Assembly (NCBI RefSeq): GCF_006345805.1
Contig: NC_043004.1
Coordinates: forward strand, 83,266,001 to 83,330,000
Direction: 5' to 3'
Length of the DNA stretch: 64,000 nucleotides
Source: Octopus sinensis
Taxonomy: Eukaryota
Shown: positions 36,715-51,783 of the stretch, one piece after another
Layout: each line of letters begins with the position of its first letter
Position numbering within the stretch: the stretch's first letter is position 1
Position numbers and translations under genes: made by a program
The notes under the pieces: generated by a model
What the model saw: only the letters and a program-made list of their open reading frames with translations
What the model was told of the DNA's origin: nothing
Databases searched by the model: none

Positions 36715-36995
36715 CATTGACCGACGAATAACCACTGTTGAGTAATATTGTTTCAGACGTCTATCGGGAATATATTTACCGACTGCATCTATGTGGATTA
36801 TATGTTATCTTGTAGTAGTATACTTACATGCAATGACACTTTTAACTGCTTAAAGCGCGGAAAGCAAAGTAGGTAATTTAAAATAGGCTTTATACACGCA
36901 GGCACACACGTACAAACACGCACACACACATATACAAATTTACATACATACATAAATATATGTCACATTTATATGAATTTACATTTACATATATA

Positions 36996-37108
<113 letters not shown>

Positions 37109-37837
37109 TATTTTATATATATATATATATAATATACATATATATACACACACACACACACACATATATATATACATACATACATATGCACATACAACAT
37201 ATGAAACAATTTATACCATTTTATTATATTTATACTGTTATATTTTGTTATGTTTTATGTACGTGCCCTCACTAATATTGTTATAACTTCTTTCAATTGA
37301 ATTATATTTTGTAAAGAGGAATTTTGCTTTCAAAAAAAAAAAGAAAAAATTAAAAATATCGAAAAATAAGAATATGAATATCAATTGAACGAATAAAATA
37401 TTAAGAAAATGCAAAAAATATGAAGCATAATGTATTCTTTAATTATTTCTAATATTATATTGCTTGAATGTACGTGAGTTGATTGCGACTACTCTTAAAA
37501 CGAGCAATTTTACGCGCGTGTGTAGCAAAAACTTTCAGGTAAGTATACATTTATTATTTTACCGCAGTTTAAAGTTCCAGTTATTTCCTATCGAGTTTAT
37601 TTTTTATTAACAGTTTAACCTCTGGTCATATATATATTGTTTATTTTTTTAGAAAAATTGGTTTATAATATTTGTAAACTTATGGAATTCAATTTCTTCT
37701 TCACAAAACACAACTATGCTAGCATGCGTGTATTCATATATGTATGTATATTTACATGTGCATATGTGCTTGAATGTACGTCTGTGTGTATATATATATA
37801 TGTTGTATATGCTTGTATTCCCACTTATCTCGTTTTC

Positions 37838-37881
<44 letters not shown>

Positions 37882-37882
37882 C

Positions 37883-38345
37883 ATGCTTAACCACCTCCCA
37901 AAAACAGTCAATGAGAAAACCCTACTAGTATCCTTCGACGTAATTAACCTTTATCCAAACATCCCTCACACCCTAGGAATAGACGCGATCACTTTCTGGC
38001 TAAATAACTACTCCTTTGAACTCCCAACTCGCATAAATAAAGAACTTATAACAGGACTTAGATTTATTTTAGAAAACAATTACTTTATTTTTGACAATAA
38101 TTTCTACAGACAAATAACGGGAACAGCGATGGGCACACGTACTGCACCTTCTTTTGCCAACCTAGTGATGGGATACCTCGAGAAAATACTCTACCAGAAA
38201 ACACTCCTCGAGAAATATGGAAACACCTTCTCCACCTATTTCCAGAACAACTGGAAAAGATACCTCGACGACTGTTTTATCCTCTGGGATAAAAGTATAG
38301 AGAAACTTGAGGAATTTAAAATACTATTAAATGGAATAAATGATA
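37883..38345 (+). pseudogene. Penelope-like reverse transcriptase fragment
   Basis: LVSFDVINLYPNIP...ILENNYFIFDNNFYRQITGTAMGTRTAPSFANLVMG...WKRYLDDCF. Confidence 0.9.
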
Positions 38346-38399
38346 ATATGTTATTTTGGGTATGTATGTATGTTGTATATATATAGCTATACATATATA

Positions 38400-38589
38400 G
38401 GGAGAGTTTATGAGAAAGCAAAAGACGAAAACAGGTGGTGTACGAAACAAACAGATGTATTATTATACCGCTCAGGAATAGAAAAGTCTTTTACGTTTCC
38501 AGCCTACGCTCTTCTACAGAAAGGGACACAGAAAAAACAAGGAGAGAAACAAGGAGAAAGAATGTGTATAGTGGCTAACGATCTATCAA

Positions 38590-38590
<1 letters not shown>
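38400..38590 (-). mobile_element. Family H2 repeat with a variant hammerhead-like motif at 38486-38527, next to the Penelope RT
   Basis: Minus strand cttt CTGTAGA a gagc-gtag-gctg GAAA cgta aaag. Confidence 0.55.
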
Positions 38591-38632
<42 letters not shown>

Positions 38633-38790
38633 ATATATATATATACATATACATTTATACCTTTATACATACATTTAATATAATATAATATAATATATTT
38701 ATACTATAAAATTGGATTTAATCCTAAATCTCATTTTCCCTGTAAGTTTGGATTTATTCCCTAATATTATTATTATTATAATTATTATTA

Positions 38791-38843
<53 letters not shown>

Positions 38844-39519
38844 TATATTCATAAACCTTTATTCGCATAATCACCGAAGCTGGAACTTAACTATTGTCTA
38901 TCTATAGAACTTATTCAGTATTACCTGACACCTTTGCGTCTTAATGACACCATTACCATTTATAAACTCTCTATATGTATATTTATGTATGTATGAATTT
39001 ATGCATGTATATAATATGTGTGTATGATTCTTTGTGTGCGGGGGCGTTTGTGTGTGTGTGTGTGTATGTGTGTGTGTGTGTGTATGGGGGAGTTTCTACG
39101 TGGCTTTCACCTACAAGACAGATTCGGACAAGAGTTATAGTAGCAGGCACTTGTGGAAGCTGTCAAGTCATGGTATTGCGAGCTTCTCTCCATTCAGTTA
39201 TGCCAACGCTTATTAATTAAAAATAATTTTTTAAATCATAATTTCTAATATAATCACAGGTTCGAAATTTGAAGGATAAATACACTGCATTACAAATCCT
39301 CCAACAGTTGACTAGGATTTCATTTATTTCATTGTGCCCGGGTGGGGGTGGGTGGGATTCAAATCTAGTCGTATTTGAACAGAAACTGCAAAGGGCTGAA
39401 ATTAAGAAATCCACTTCTTTTCTGTCAAATCTATCAATTCCAGCGTCAATAACTTTTATTAGAAAACATTACGTCCGTCTAGGCATTAACGTATGGGAGT
39501 TGTTAAAATTTATCTGTGT

Positions 39520-39586
<67 letters not shown>

Positions 39587-40330
39587 TGAGTGTCTCAACT
39601 ATACTGCGTGATGACCGCTTGGTTTGTTTACTTTTCCGTATTTAAGCAGTTCAGCGAAAATCGTCGATAAGATAAGTACCCAAGGCGAAAGCAATAAGTG
39701 ATGTCTGTGGAATGATTTATTCAAGCTGTTGCCTTAGCATGAGGGCAGTCCAATGCCTGAATCAAGTAAAAGGGAAAAGATACAAAATATTGATAAATTC
39801 CTCAAAAATTTGTCGATTTCGATCAGCTAAGAATTTGGTAAGGTATTGCATGCAAAACTAACGTCAGAATTAAGTTATAATAATTGTGGTTTTAGGGTCT
39901 GATATACTATGAATTCGGGATGGATGATAATAAACAAATTCAAAGATAAGCTGCAATTCACCGCTCGGAAATATTTATTACTATTGCTAAAATTTGAAAC
40001 AACAAACTCGTAGAACATTAATAATTGTCAATACATTGTATAGTCTTAAATTCTCATTAAAAGGGAGAGAGAAAGATTACAAAATCCTAAAATAGAGCAT
40101 CACTAAAATTTTGGCGACAATTTTATTCGAATGTTGGAACGATGCGAAGCATAACGTCAAGAATTCTGGTTTGAATTCTGCTCAAGCTGAAAAGAGCAAA
40201 GTGAAATGAAATTGTTCCACATGAATGTCCCAGGTCGCTCGTAGCTAAGCTTTCCTCTCGAGGTAACTAGCGAGTCAGAACTTCTTATTTTATAGTTCTA
40301 TATTTAAGAGATGAAGAATTATGTACATTA

Positions 40331-41230
40331 CACTGGTCAACAAAATGAAACTTGGTTTAATCATCAGAGTTGCTGATTGACATTTCTAGATTAATTTTTG
40401 ATGCTGATTACGAATCTGAATTCCGATTTCCCCTATCAGGTCACATTTTCATGCTAATGATGCCTGCTTTTTTAACTTATAGGATACGTAAAGCATATCT
40501 ATATAAAGTTTACTGAATACAAGATACGATAATGTCATGGCTTTTTATTGTACAAAATTAAAATCTTTGGGATTTGGATATTCTATGATGTTTTGTCTCA
40601 GATCCATCCCTATATAACATCCAACAGCAGTCAGCAAACATTCCTGCATTCCAAAATCCTTGATATCGTTGTCCAATCGATGCAATATCTTGATGAAAGC
40701 GTTATCCTTGCTCATCAGACACTGCTCCAAGGCTTTCTGCATAAACGTCTAAATATGAATCAAGGAAATGGACTTTTAGTGGCATCTGACAGCCCATTGC
40801 AGCGTAGGAGTCTAGAAGACATATCACTCCATTTCTAAACTCTAGAGATCTCGTGTTGCCTAGGAAATTTTCACAGAGCCATTTGAAGGATTCCCAGGCT
40901 TTAAGCTTAATTTCATCCAGTGCTGTGAGGAAGTGCTTGTCCTTCAGGAGTTCTTTTATCTGCGGACCTATGAAGACATCCTCCTTCAGTTTTGCCTCGG
41001 TGATGTTTCGAAATTTGGCGTTCAAATATTCAAAACTTTTGGAGCCTTTCCCGGCAAGTGTCTTCACGAATTGTTTCGTGAGGACAAACTTTATGCGAAA
41101 AGGTGGAAGAAGAACATTTTCTGGGTTTAAAAGCGGTTCACTCTGGGCGCTAGAAACTCCCGGCTCACATGATTTTCGCAAACGCCACTCTGAGTTAGAT
41201 AGGATACAAAATAGAGAGTGAGAATATAGA
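40331..41230 (-). mobile_element. Chapaev3-like transposase remnant with a terminal CACTG end
   Basis: PLLNPENVLLPPFRIK...FIGPQIKELL...AWESFK...FLGN...GCQMPLKVHFLDSYLD..ESLGAVSDEQG; terminus cactggtcaacaaa at about 40331. Confidence 0.7.
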
Positions 41231-41307
41231 TGTAAGATATGTAGGGATATTGAAGTTGTAGATCCATTTTTTAGACAGAATGGTATATATGTAAGATTCA
41301 CATACCT

Positions 41308-41384
<77 letters not shown>

Positions 41385-42719
41385 CGAGAGATATTATATA
41401 TAAATATATATATATGAGATATTTCAAGTTATATGGCAAGGTAGTGTTAATCCAGTGTCTATAGCACAAGGTACTTTGCAGCGGGACCGAACCAGAAATC
41501 TTGTGGTGGCAACACGTACTTCTTAATCACACAGCCATGCCAGCCCCTATATGAAGATTTTCCTGGCGTAAACTGCCCATGAAACGATTTTGTCAGAAGT
41601 TTCATAATTATAGACACGATCCTCTGCATTTTTATTGTTGACACGGTGTATAAAACTATTTATTTTTTGATAAGGTATTTGCATATTTTATGATCTAGAA
41701 TTCAATGATAACAGATTTATTAGGACAAGTGTTAGCTCCTCCTTCACCTGATCGACCTCATCATTTGTCGGTATTAGAAAGAACTAAGAAGATTTCCGTG
41801 TCTTTCCATGATGACTTTCATTTTTATGTGTTTGATGATCGATGGTGAGGTGTGAATCTAGCCTCGTGAATATTCCATTCCCTTAAACATTCAAAAAAAT
41901 CTTTTTCTTGCAAATTGAGTGTCAAGATGATTATGTACAAAGCTTAGAACAGAGAAAAATAAAGGATAAGGAGAAGCAGCGTTGTATAACGCCCTGAATA
42001 ATTGCATTCTCCTGTGCAAATGAGAAAATATAATGCGCAAATTTATCCAGTGTTCTCAAAGTGCAAACGCTACCCATTTTCTAAATGGTTATTAAATGAT
42101 AGTCACTGTTAACTGTGTGAGTTGGTCCAGCGCATTGCAATATTGATGAAGGATTAAACTCACATATATATCACACAACCTAATTTTAACCTTAACATAC
42201 TATCTTAATCAATTATTATAATTTGGTGTACATGTCGGGCAAGTATTTTCAGTTGTGTTGAAACTAAAACAATGACAGCGTGAAAACTATTCAAAAACAC
42301 AAGTATAAACCATTCTAAAAGACAAATTCTACTAACTTCACTTAAATTTTCACTACTTGGTGTCAAAATCTTCGTCGCACTAACTGCGACCTCGTAATGG
42401 ACCTGATTTCAGAGCACGGTATGTTACAGACTTTGTGTAATTTTAAGTAGTTAATATTTGTCTTCCACGATGTATTACCAACGTAACAACGATGCCAGGC
42501 TTTGTAATTTAAAAGGAATCCTATGAAAAAAAACCTATTGCATTTTTTTCCGTTTAGATTAAAGGTATGCTCTCTGTTTTCAAAAGTTTATTTTATCGAT
42601 CCTGGACAGATGCAAAGTAAAGATGGCCTCTAGAGGTTTTAAACTCAAGTTACAAAGAACCGGAAAGAAATGCAGCATGACAGTTTAGAAATTTTGCTTT
42701 CATTTGAACTGCACTCTTT

Positions 42720-43790
<1,071 letters not shown>

Positions 43791-44339
43791 ACTATATACT
43801 TTGAATTTTTTGTTTTTATTTTTAATTCTATTTTGTGGAGCGAGTAACAAAGGTGTCCGACAACTCTAGTGACTTGTATAACAAGATAATCTCATAAAAC
43901 CAAAAAATACGGTTTAAAGAAATTCTCAAACAATTTCAGATTCAGAAATGGTTAAAATTCTCAACCGCCACACAGCTTCACCACACGTCAACAGTCACAA
44001 ACTTAGACCTGCTGCCGCTTATTATGTATACTATGCTTACTATATACACATCTACTACAATTCAATAAGTTACAGACAGATCCAGCAAAACACTTATATC
44101 TGACATATACAAAAGATCTCATGCAAGGGTTTCATTATATTCACAGAATCTGAGATTCCTATATTTCTGGGAGTACACTAAATTGAACGTACGCGTGCAC
44201 ACAATCACACACACACACCGACAAAGGCACACACATACACACAGCTATTAAGTAAATGAATAACGATGGTTTCAAATGGCGGTACTAGGCTAGACATTTC
44301 CGTGGGGTGGAGGACAAGTCGATTATATTGACCCAACTG

Positions 44340-44403
44340 CTCAAACGTTAGCTATTTTATCGAGTTCGAAGGGATTAATGGCATAATCATAATAATGATG
44401 ATG

Positions 44404-44446
<43 letters not shown>

Positions 44447-44551
44447 TAATAATAATAATATATGACGCAAGTGCTCAAATGTTACATATTTTATCGAGTC
44501 CGAAGGGATAAATGGCAATAATCACAATAATGATTATAATAGTAAAAATAT

Positions 44552-44585
<34 letters not shown>

Positions 44586-44716
44586 TAATAATAACAATGA
44601 TAATAATAATATATTGACGCAAGTGCTCAAATGTTACTTATTTTATCGAGTCCGAAGGGATAAATGGCAATAATAATAATAATAATAATAATATAATAAT
44701 AATAATAATAATAATA
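44340..44716 (+). repeat. Three tandem units of a SINE-like ~50-bp motif plus (AAT)n
   Basis: gctcaaatgttac.tattttatcgagtccgaagggataaatggca recurs at about 44340, 44475 and 44624. Confidence 0.8.
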
Positions 44717-44717
44717 A

Positions 44718-45140
44718 CAACAATAGGGTAATCTGCAAAAACCTGGATTTGCCCCATGGAAAAAACTGGTGGGAACACAAACCACCCCCAGTGCTTGAAA
44801 TTGACCACATCTCATTCCTCTGGAACTTCACCATTCAAACTGACAGGAAGATAGATGCAAATAGGCCAGACATCATATTGAAAGACTTCAGACAAAGAAC
44901 ATGCCTCCTCATTGATATGACTGTCCCAACCGATATAATCGTATCTGTCAAAACCTACCAAAAACTGAGCAAATATAAAGATCTTGAAATAGCAATCAGC
45001 AAAATGTTGAACCTGAAGACTAAAACAATACCTGTTGCCATAGGTGCCCTGGGATGATAGCAAAATGGGCTGATTGCTACCTAACTCAGATACCAGGAAA
45101 CCCAAAAATGGCAGAAATTCAAAATATAGTGCTCATGGGG
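44718..45140 (+). mobile_element. RLE-type LINE fragment (endonuclease region), truncated at both ends
   Basis: LWNFTIQTDRKIDANRPDIIL...LIDM...KLSKYKDL...IPVAIGALG. Confidence 0.85.
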
Positions 45141-48100
45141 ATATAAATTAAATATTACCGGTATTATTCAACCCAAGAATAACAATCGGAAAGTACGTAC
45201 TGTAAACTTACAACATAAAATGTACGAAAAACTACACGTGCAAAACAATGTGACAACTGAAATGAACGGACCGGTACCCTACGAAAATGACGACCTTCAA
45301 AATAATGGGTCGGACGTTGTCCCTCACGTCCCGAAAATAAAATCAAAAAGGCATACATTTCAATCCTACACGCTTACTTTACAGCAGTGCTCTACACAAA
45401 GAGCGAAAACACAAGAACATATACATATAAAATATGGAAGCAAAATAACATAAATAAAGACCTGGATACAGCAATGAACCGTATAATCTAGCTAACGTGG
45501 GAAGATATATTCTCAACGCAAAAAATATTCAGGAATAGAAATAGAACGTTTAAAAGAAAAAATACATCAGGAAAAAAATGTAGATAGAAGCAACACAACA
45601 ATGCCAAATAATATAAACACTGAAACAGTAAAACACGAAGACAAACGTAACATTTCCAACAAAAACGATGTAAGCAAAAAACAACAAAACCAGACCGTAA
45701 TGATGCATAATAATACACGACAAACAGCAAGCCAAAACACGACAAACAAACATACGAATGAGAAAGAAAGCGACACAAATCTAAAACCTGGAAACAACGA
45801 AGGGGACCCTAATGATTATGATACTATAAAAAGTAGAATAATCAAAGAACTGAAAACCACAGTGCTCAAAATGGAACACCGACCATAACTCCCAAAAACA
45901 AAGTAGACAAAACAACAACATCAATTATAAACAGCATAAAGCTAGCCGTCACGGAACTAATAGCCACTGAAACAAAAAGCGATATCACTGAGCTAAATGA
46001 TTTAGTATACGCAGCAGCCACTGCCCACAAAAGAAGCTAGATACTCATTCAAACTCATCCAAACAGGAGTACCACCACCCAAACAAACCCTGTGGATAAA
46101 TAACATCCAAAACTAAATTTAAAAAATGAGAAAAGATCTGTCGATTATTAATGAAATCAGTAGACAATCAACGCTACTAAGCAACAAAAAGAAAAGAAAA
46201 ATACTCCGAAATACAACATCAAAATACTCCGAATATACAAATACTCCGCAAATATAACATCACAGAAAAAGATTTACCTGAGATAAAAGAAAAGCTAATG
46301 CAAGATATCCTTGCCAAAGCACAAAGGATCTGCCGGTACGAGAAACGCCAACGTTTCTTTGAACAAAACAAACAGTTCAACTCCAACCACAAAAAGTTCT
46401 ACCAAGAACTTGGCAAAAATAAAATAGAAATCACTGTAGCACCAACGGCAGAAGAAGTGGAAGAATTATGGAGAGAAATATGGTCGGCGAACGAACAACC
46501 CAAAAAGGAGTATTAAAACAACAAACTCAGCATCTGAGCAACTTTGGACCCCCATAACAACTGAAGAGGTCACTCAAGCACTGCAAAGACTACGCAACTG
46601 GAAGGCACCTGGGCATGACAAGATCCCCAAATTCTGGTTGAAATATCTAACAGGAATGCACAAAAAGCTGGCTGAAAACTTTAACAACATACTAGCAGAG
46701 CCAGAGACAATGCCTGAATGGCTCATGAAGGGGAAAACCATCTTAATTCTCAAATCAAATGAGACAGCAAAACCAGAAAACTACAGACCTATACCTGTCT
46801 CCCTACAATGTACAAAGCATTTTACTGCAGTAATATCACAAAGATTGAAGAAGCACCTGGACGAAAAAAACCTGTTTCCAGAGGAGCTGAAAGGATTCCG
46901 CAAAGGCTCATATGGCTGTAAAGATCAACTAATGATCAATAAAGCCATAACTGAAGACAGCCACAGAAAGAAGAAAGGCCTCAATATGGCCTGGATCGAC
47001 CACAAAATGGCGTTTGATAGCATCCCCCACACATGGATCCTCGAAATACTAGTCATTAACAAAGTTGCGCCAACAATTATAAAATACATAGGACACTCTA
47101 TGAATAAATGGCTGACAGTGCTACAGCTCCAAACAAAAGAGGGACTGCTGAAAACCAAATTCATCCTCATTAGAAGAGGAATATTCCAGGGAGACACGCT
47201 CTCCACTCCTTTTCTGCTTGGCACTCTCACCTCTATCGGATATGCTAAATAGAACTGGATGCGGATATAAATGTTACGGCAAAACGATCAGCCACCTTTT
47301 ATATATGGATGACCTAAAACTATTCGCCACAAATGACAAACAGCTGGAAACACTACTACAGGCAGTTCATGGATTTACCAAAGAAATAGATATGAAATTT
47401 GGATTAGAAAAATGCGCCAAAGTAACCCTGAAAAGAGGAAAACTAGTTAAGATTAGCAACATCACACTAGATAAAACCAATGAAATAAAAGAATTAGACC
47501 AAAGCCAAACTTACAAATACTTAAAAATCCATGAACAAGATAAGACACAATACACACAAATGAAAGAGAAAAGAAACAAAGAATATTACAGACGAGTTAT
47601 ATCAATACTGAAAACAGAGCTCAATGCTAAAACAAGATAATAGGTATCAACACTTTAGCCGTCCCAGTTATAAGTTACAGCTACAATATCCTTAACTGGA
47701 CACTAAATGAACTGACCAAAATAGATAGGAAAACAAGAAAAATAATGACAGGATCTAGGATGCATCACCCAAAATCTGTCTTTGAAAGGCTATATATACA
47801 ACGTATAGAAGGTGTTAAATGCCTTTCACAGCTGGAAAACTACTATAAAATAACCACCATAGGACTGCAAAAATATCTACTTCAGAAGGAAGAAAAACTG
47901 ATGCAAGTAGCGGCAAAACACGAGCAAAACAGAAAACAGTTCTCAGTATTTAAGGAAGCTGACAAATACAAACAAGAAATCTTACCACCTAACAAATTTG
48001 AAGAAGAAGAAGAAGAAGAAGAAGAAGAAGAAGAAGAAGAAGAAGAAGAGGAGAGAAGAAGAAGAAGGAGAAGAGGAAGAAGAAGAGAAGAAGAAGAAGA

Positions 48101-49064
48101 AGAAGAAGAAGAAGAAGAAGAAGAAGAAGAAGAAGAAGAAGAAGAAAAGAAACAACAAATTCTATAAAACAAATGAAATCCAAACTAAAAATGATAAAAC
48201 GATGGCAAGAAAAGACCCTTCATGGCAAATACTGGACTAAACTATATGCAAAAGAAATAGACAAAGAAAAATCCCAACAATGGTTGAGAAGCTCAGGACT
48301 CAAAGCAGAGACAGAAGGATTTTTAATTGCAGCACAGGACCAAAGCCTCCCCACCAGAAATTACCAAAAACATGTAATGAAAAGAAATATAACAAGTAAC
48401 TGCAGAATATGTGGAGATGGACAAGAAACAAGAAATCATATTATCTCTGGCTGCCCAGTCCTGGTTAAGAAGGAATATATTCACAGACACGACATAGTTG
48501 GGACCTATATACAGTGGAAACTATGCCAACATTATGGAATAACAACAGAAAAAAGATGATATAGGCACACACCAGAAAATGTCACAGAAAACGAGAAAAC
48601 AACCATACTCTGGGATATGCCAATACACACAGATAGAGGAATTAAGGCCAGCAGACCAGATATAGTTGTCACAGATCATGAAAAAAAAATGTTTCTAATC
48701 GATGTATCAATGACAGCAGATGACAACGTATCTCTAAAAGAAATGGAGAAACTCTCAAAATACAAAGACCTGGAAATAGATGTAATTAGAATGTGGAATC
48801 TGAAAACAGAAACAATTCCTATCATAGTAGGTGCATTAGGCATGATAAAAAAATATTCAGACAAATACATTACAAAAACACCAGGACTTACAAACACATA
48901 TAACATACAGAAAATTGCACTACTAGGCACTGCACACATCCTACGCAGAACACTTTCCATACAATAACCATCAGAGCATCACAACAAATCACAGCACATA
49001 CCTAAGGCACACAGAGCTGTGCTCGGTAGTGAAGTGAAAGCACGATATAAAAAATATAATACTG
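45141..49064 (+). mobile_element. Near-full-length, decayed R4/Dong-type non-LTR retrotransposon (RT, CCHC, RLE) with an (AAT)n/(AAC)n tail to 49215
   Basis: RT motifs GIFQGD and LLYMDDLKLF; zinc knuckle CRICGDGQETRNHIISGC and RHD; RLE motifs RPDIVV, IDVS, KLSKYKDL and PIIVGALG. Multiple frameshifts. Confidence 0.9.
48000..48146 (+). repeat. (GAA)n expansion inside the LINE coding region
   Basis: Direct inspection. Confidence 0.95.
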
Positions 49065-49069
49065 AATAA

Positions 49070-49123
<54 letters not shown>

Positions 49124-49145
49124 CAACAACAACAACAACAACAAC

Positions 49146-49215
<70 letters not shown>

Positions 49216-49217
<2 letters not shown>

Positions 49218-49640
49218 GATTAGTAAATATAAAGACCTTCAAATAGAAATTGGAAAAATGTGGCAAGATTAGTAAATATAAAGACCTGCTAATAGAAATT
49301 GATAAAATATGGCTCCTCAAGGCGACTACAGTACCAGTGACTGTAGGATCTCTAGGAATGATAAAAAAATGTACTGAAACCTATTTGAAAATGATTCCAG
49401 GCTTACCATCCCTGCAGGAAATGCAAAAAATCGTATTAACTGGAACGGCTCACATACAGAGAAGAGCATTATCGCTGTGAAAATAACATCCATCCATGAA
49501 TTTATTTATTTATTAATTTGTAAATACATATTTTATCTGTGAATTTGCGTGTGTAATCTTGGAATGCATACAATGAGCTTCTATGCCCTAGGTGTATGGA
49601 AAACACTCGGCGAGAAACGGCAGAAAAATTGAAGAAAGAA
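49216..49640 (+). mobile_element. 5'-truncated RLE LINE 3' end of a different subfamily, with a 49-bp chimeric 5' duplication
   Basis: KISKYKDLLIEIDKIW...VTVGSLG...GTAHIQRRALSL* plus a distinct UTR. Confidence 0.85.
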
Positions 49641-49914
49641 GGAAAAAACATAACAATAATAATAATATGATGATGAGGAGGAGGAGGAGGAGAAGGAGGA
49701 GGAAGAGGTGGAGGATAAACAAACAAAATGTTCGTATGGTTTTTTAGTACAAAACCATATATATGGCACCCTAGGCATAACACCAACACGAACTTCCAAT
49801 CTGTTGTCTCTTGAGGTCACTGGGTGAGACTTGGAGACAGCTTGTGCAAATGTAAAGCAAAAGTCAAACATAGAATAATAAATATAATAATAGTAATAAT
49901 GAGAACAGGATCAA

Positions 49915-50890
49915 TCGATGAAAACAAATAACTTGAGGGAAAATATATATGGAGAAAATGATTTAGAAAAATATAGAGCCTTATGTGACTTGGAAATTGG
50001 AACTTGACAGTGGTAAACCTTCTGATAGGCTACCCCAAGTTGGCCCAGGAAGAATATAAAAGATGGAGGTACAACCTGGTTATAAATTTTGTCCACTGGA
50101 ATCTGTGCCAACTTGTGTAAGGTTTAAATTTTTTTTATATGTCTGTAGTAAGGAAATCCATGCATCTCCCTCATAAAATAAAATATTTCTGTACACTTAT
50201 TTTAATTTACAAACAGATACAATGTTCATTCCATAGAAGATTTGAAAGTTTTCGAAGTGTAATTGCAACCTCACATATTCTGACATTGATTGCGTCTTCA
50301 AGATTACTCTTAAATTTTAATGTCAGAATAGATAAGAAGCTCACATTACGGTACAACGTAATAGAAAAAAAATGGTTATTTGAAGCTGGAGACACATGGT
50401 ACTATCACTGAGTCTAAAGAGTACAAAAGTCGGAGCAATCTAAGATTTTGTGGGACTTTCCTATTCAAACAGACAAGAAATTAGAAAACAATAGTCCACA
50501 TATAACGATTATAGATAAAGAAGAGCGAAGTTACTTTCTTATCGACCCATCATGCCCGTTTGATTTCAGGATCAATAAGACAGATAAAGAAAACAAAATA
50601 CAATTTCTTACTATTTGAAATAGGAAGGATTTGGGGAATGCGCACAGTAATGTTCATGCCTATGATAATTGCTGCGGTTGGTGCAGTAAGCAAAGATATA
50701 CACAAATGGCTGAAGTAGATTGAAATAGGATTCCCAGTAGGGCTCTTATAGAAATGTTGTTTCTTAGGGACAGCATGGATTATCAGGAGTGTTCTAACCA
50801 CTTGAAAAACTGCTGTAAACTTTTGGATACCTAAGATAACAGATAGTAACCCGCTATCCACATAGTTCCTACCTGGAATAAGACCGAGGC
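49915..50890 (+). mobile_element. Older RLE LINE 3' portion interrupted by an RTE fragment
   Basis: PKLAQEEYKR and NFVHWNLC lie before the insert; KILWDFPIQTDKKLENNSPHITIIDK and FLGTAWIIRSVL lie after it. Confidence 0.7.
50116..50345 (-). mobile_element. Decayed RTE-clade LINE fragment
   Basis: Homologous to 52780-53020, which reads TSSLRKLPNLV..HGINL..KISV..FLYEGEAW. Confidence 0.6.
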
Positions 50891-50928
<38 letters not shown>

Positions 50929-50934
50929 ATGGTG

Positions 50935-50979
<45 letters not shown>

Positions 50980-51029
50980 CGTGGAACAAATAGGGGCTGC
51001 AATAAAAGTGGAGCACTTGCAGAAAACAG

Positions 51030-51160
51030 CAATATTTGGAACCGCTCGAATACTCCGGAAGGTGCTGGAAAAATAAGAGATGTTACCTTAGTTCAGTGGT
51101 AATGAACAGCTGACACTGTAGTACATCCCCAGCGTTAGAAGCTGTGCAATGGCAATGATA
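51030..51160 (+). mobile_element. Very short RLE LINE 3' end
   Basis: FGTARILRKVLEK* plus a UTR, followed by (AAC/AAT)n. Confidence 0.65.
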
Positions 51161-51783
51161 ACAACAACAAAAACAACAACAACAACAACAACAATAATAA
51201 TAATTATAATAATAAAAATAATGAAGGCGATGATAATGATGATAATGATGATACTGGTGATGTTGATGATGATCATGATGGTCATTACATCAAATTTGTT
51301 GGATGATTTTTTTCAGGAAAGAATTTAAAAAAGAAAAAAAGCGATTCAAAATAAAGGCTGCATTTATTTGCGACGGATGCGCGATTATAATTTGGATCCA
51401 TACTTGTATTTTGCTACAATATCACGACGAGGACTATGATGGTTTTCCTTTTGCTTCGTATTGGACAAATATGTCTGTTGGTTCCTGAATAAAAGTTTTT
51501 TTTTCATTTAAATGCAGCATGAGATATTTTACGCCACTCAGATCGATCTGCGCAATAACTGCTCCAAGATACTAAATTATGCTGTAGAGATTTTAGTCAT
51601 TGTTTCAACCTACCCTTAGACCTAAGGTTGGGTCTTCCCGCTGAATCCTTCTACCTGTTGGCCGTACAAAAGATCATCTTACATTCAAACAATATGTCCT
51701 GCCCATTTCAATGAAATCTCAACACCATGCTTTCGATCTTGAAGATGCCTCTTGTTCCTAAAATTTTGACAATCGATATCCTA

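Noticed and set aside
44340-44716. Repeat-spacer pattern superficially like a CRISPR array
   Set aside because: The spacers are (AAT)n microsatellite, the context is eukaryotic and there are no cas genes.
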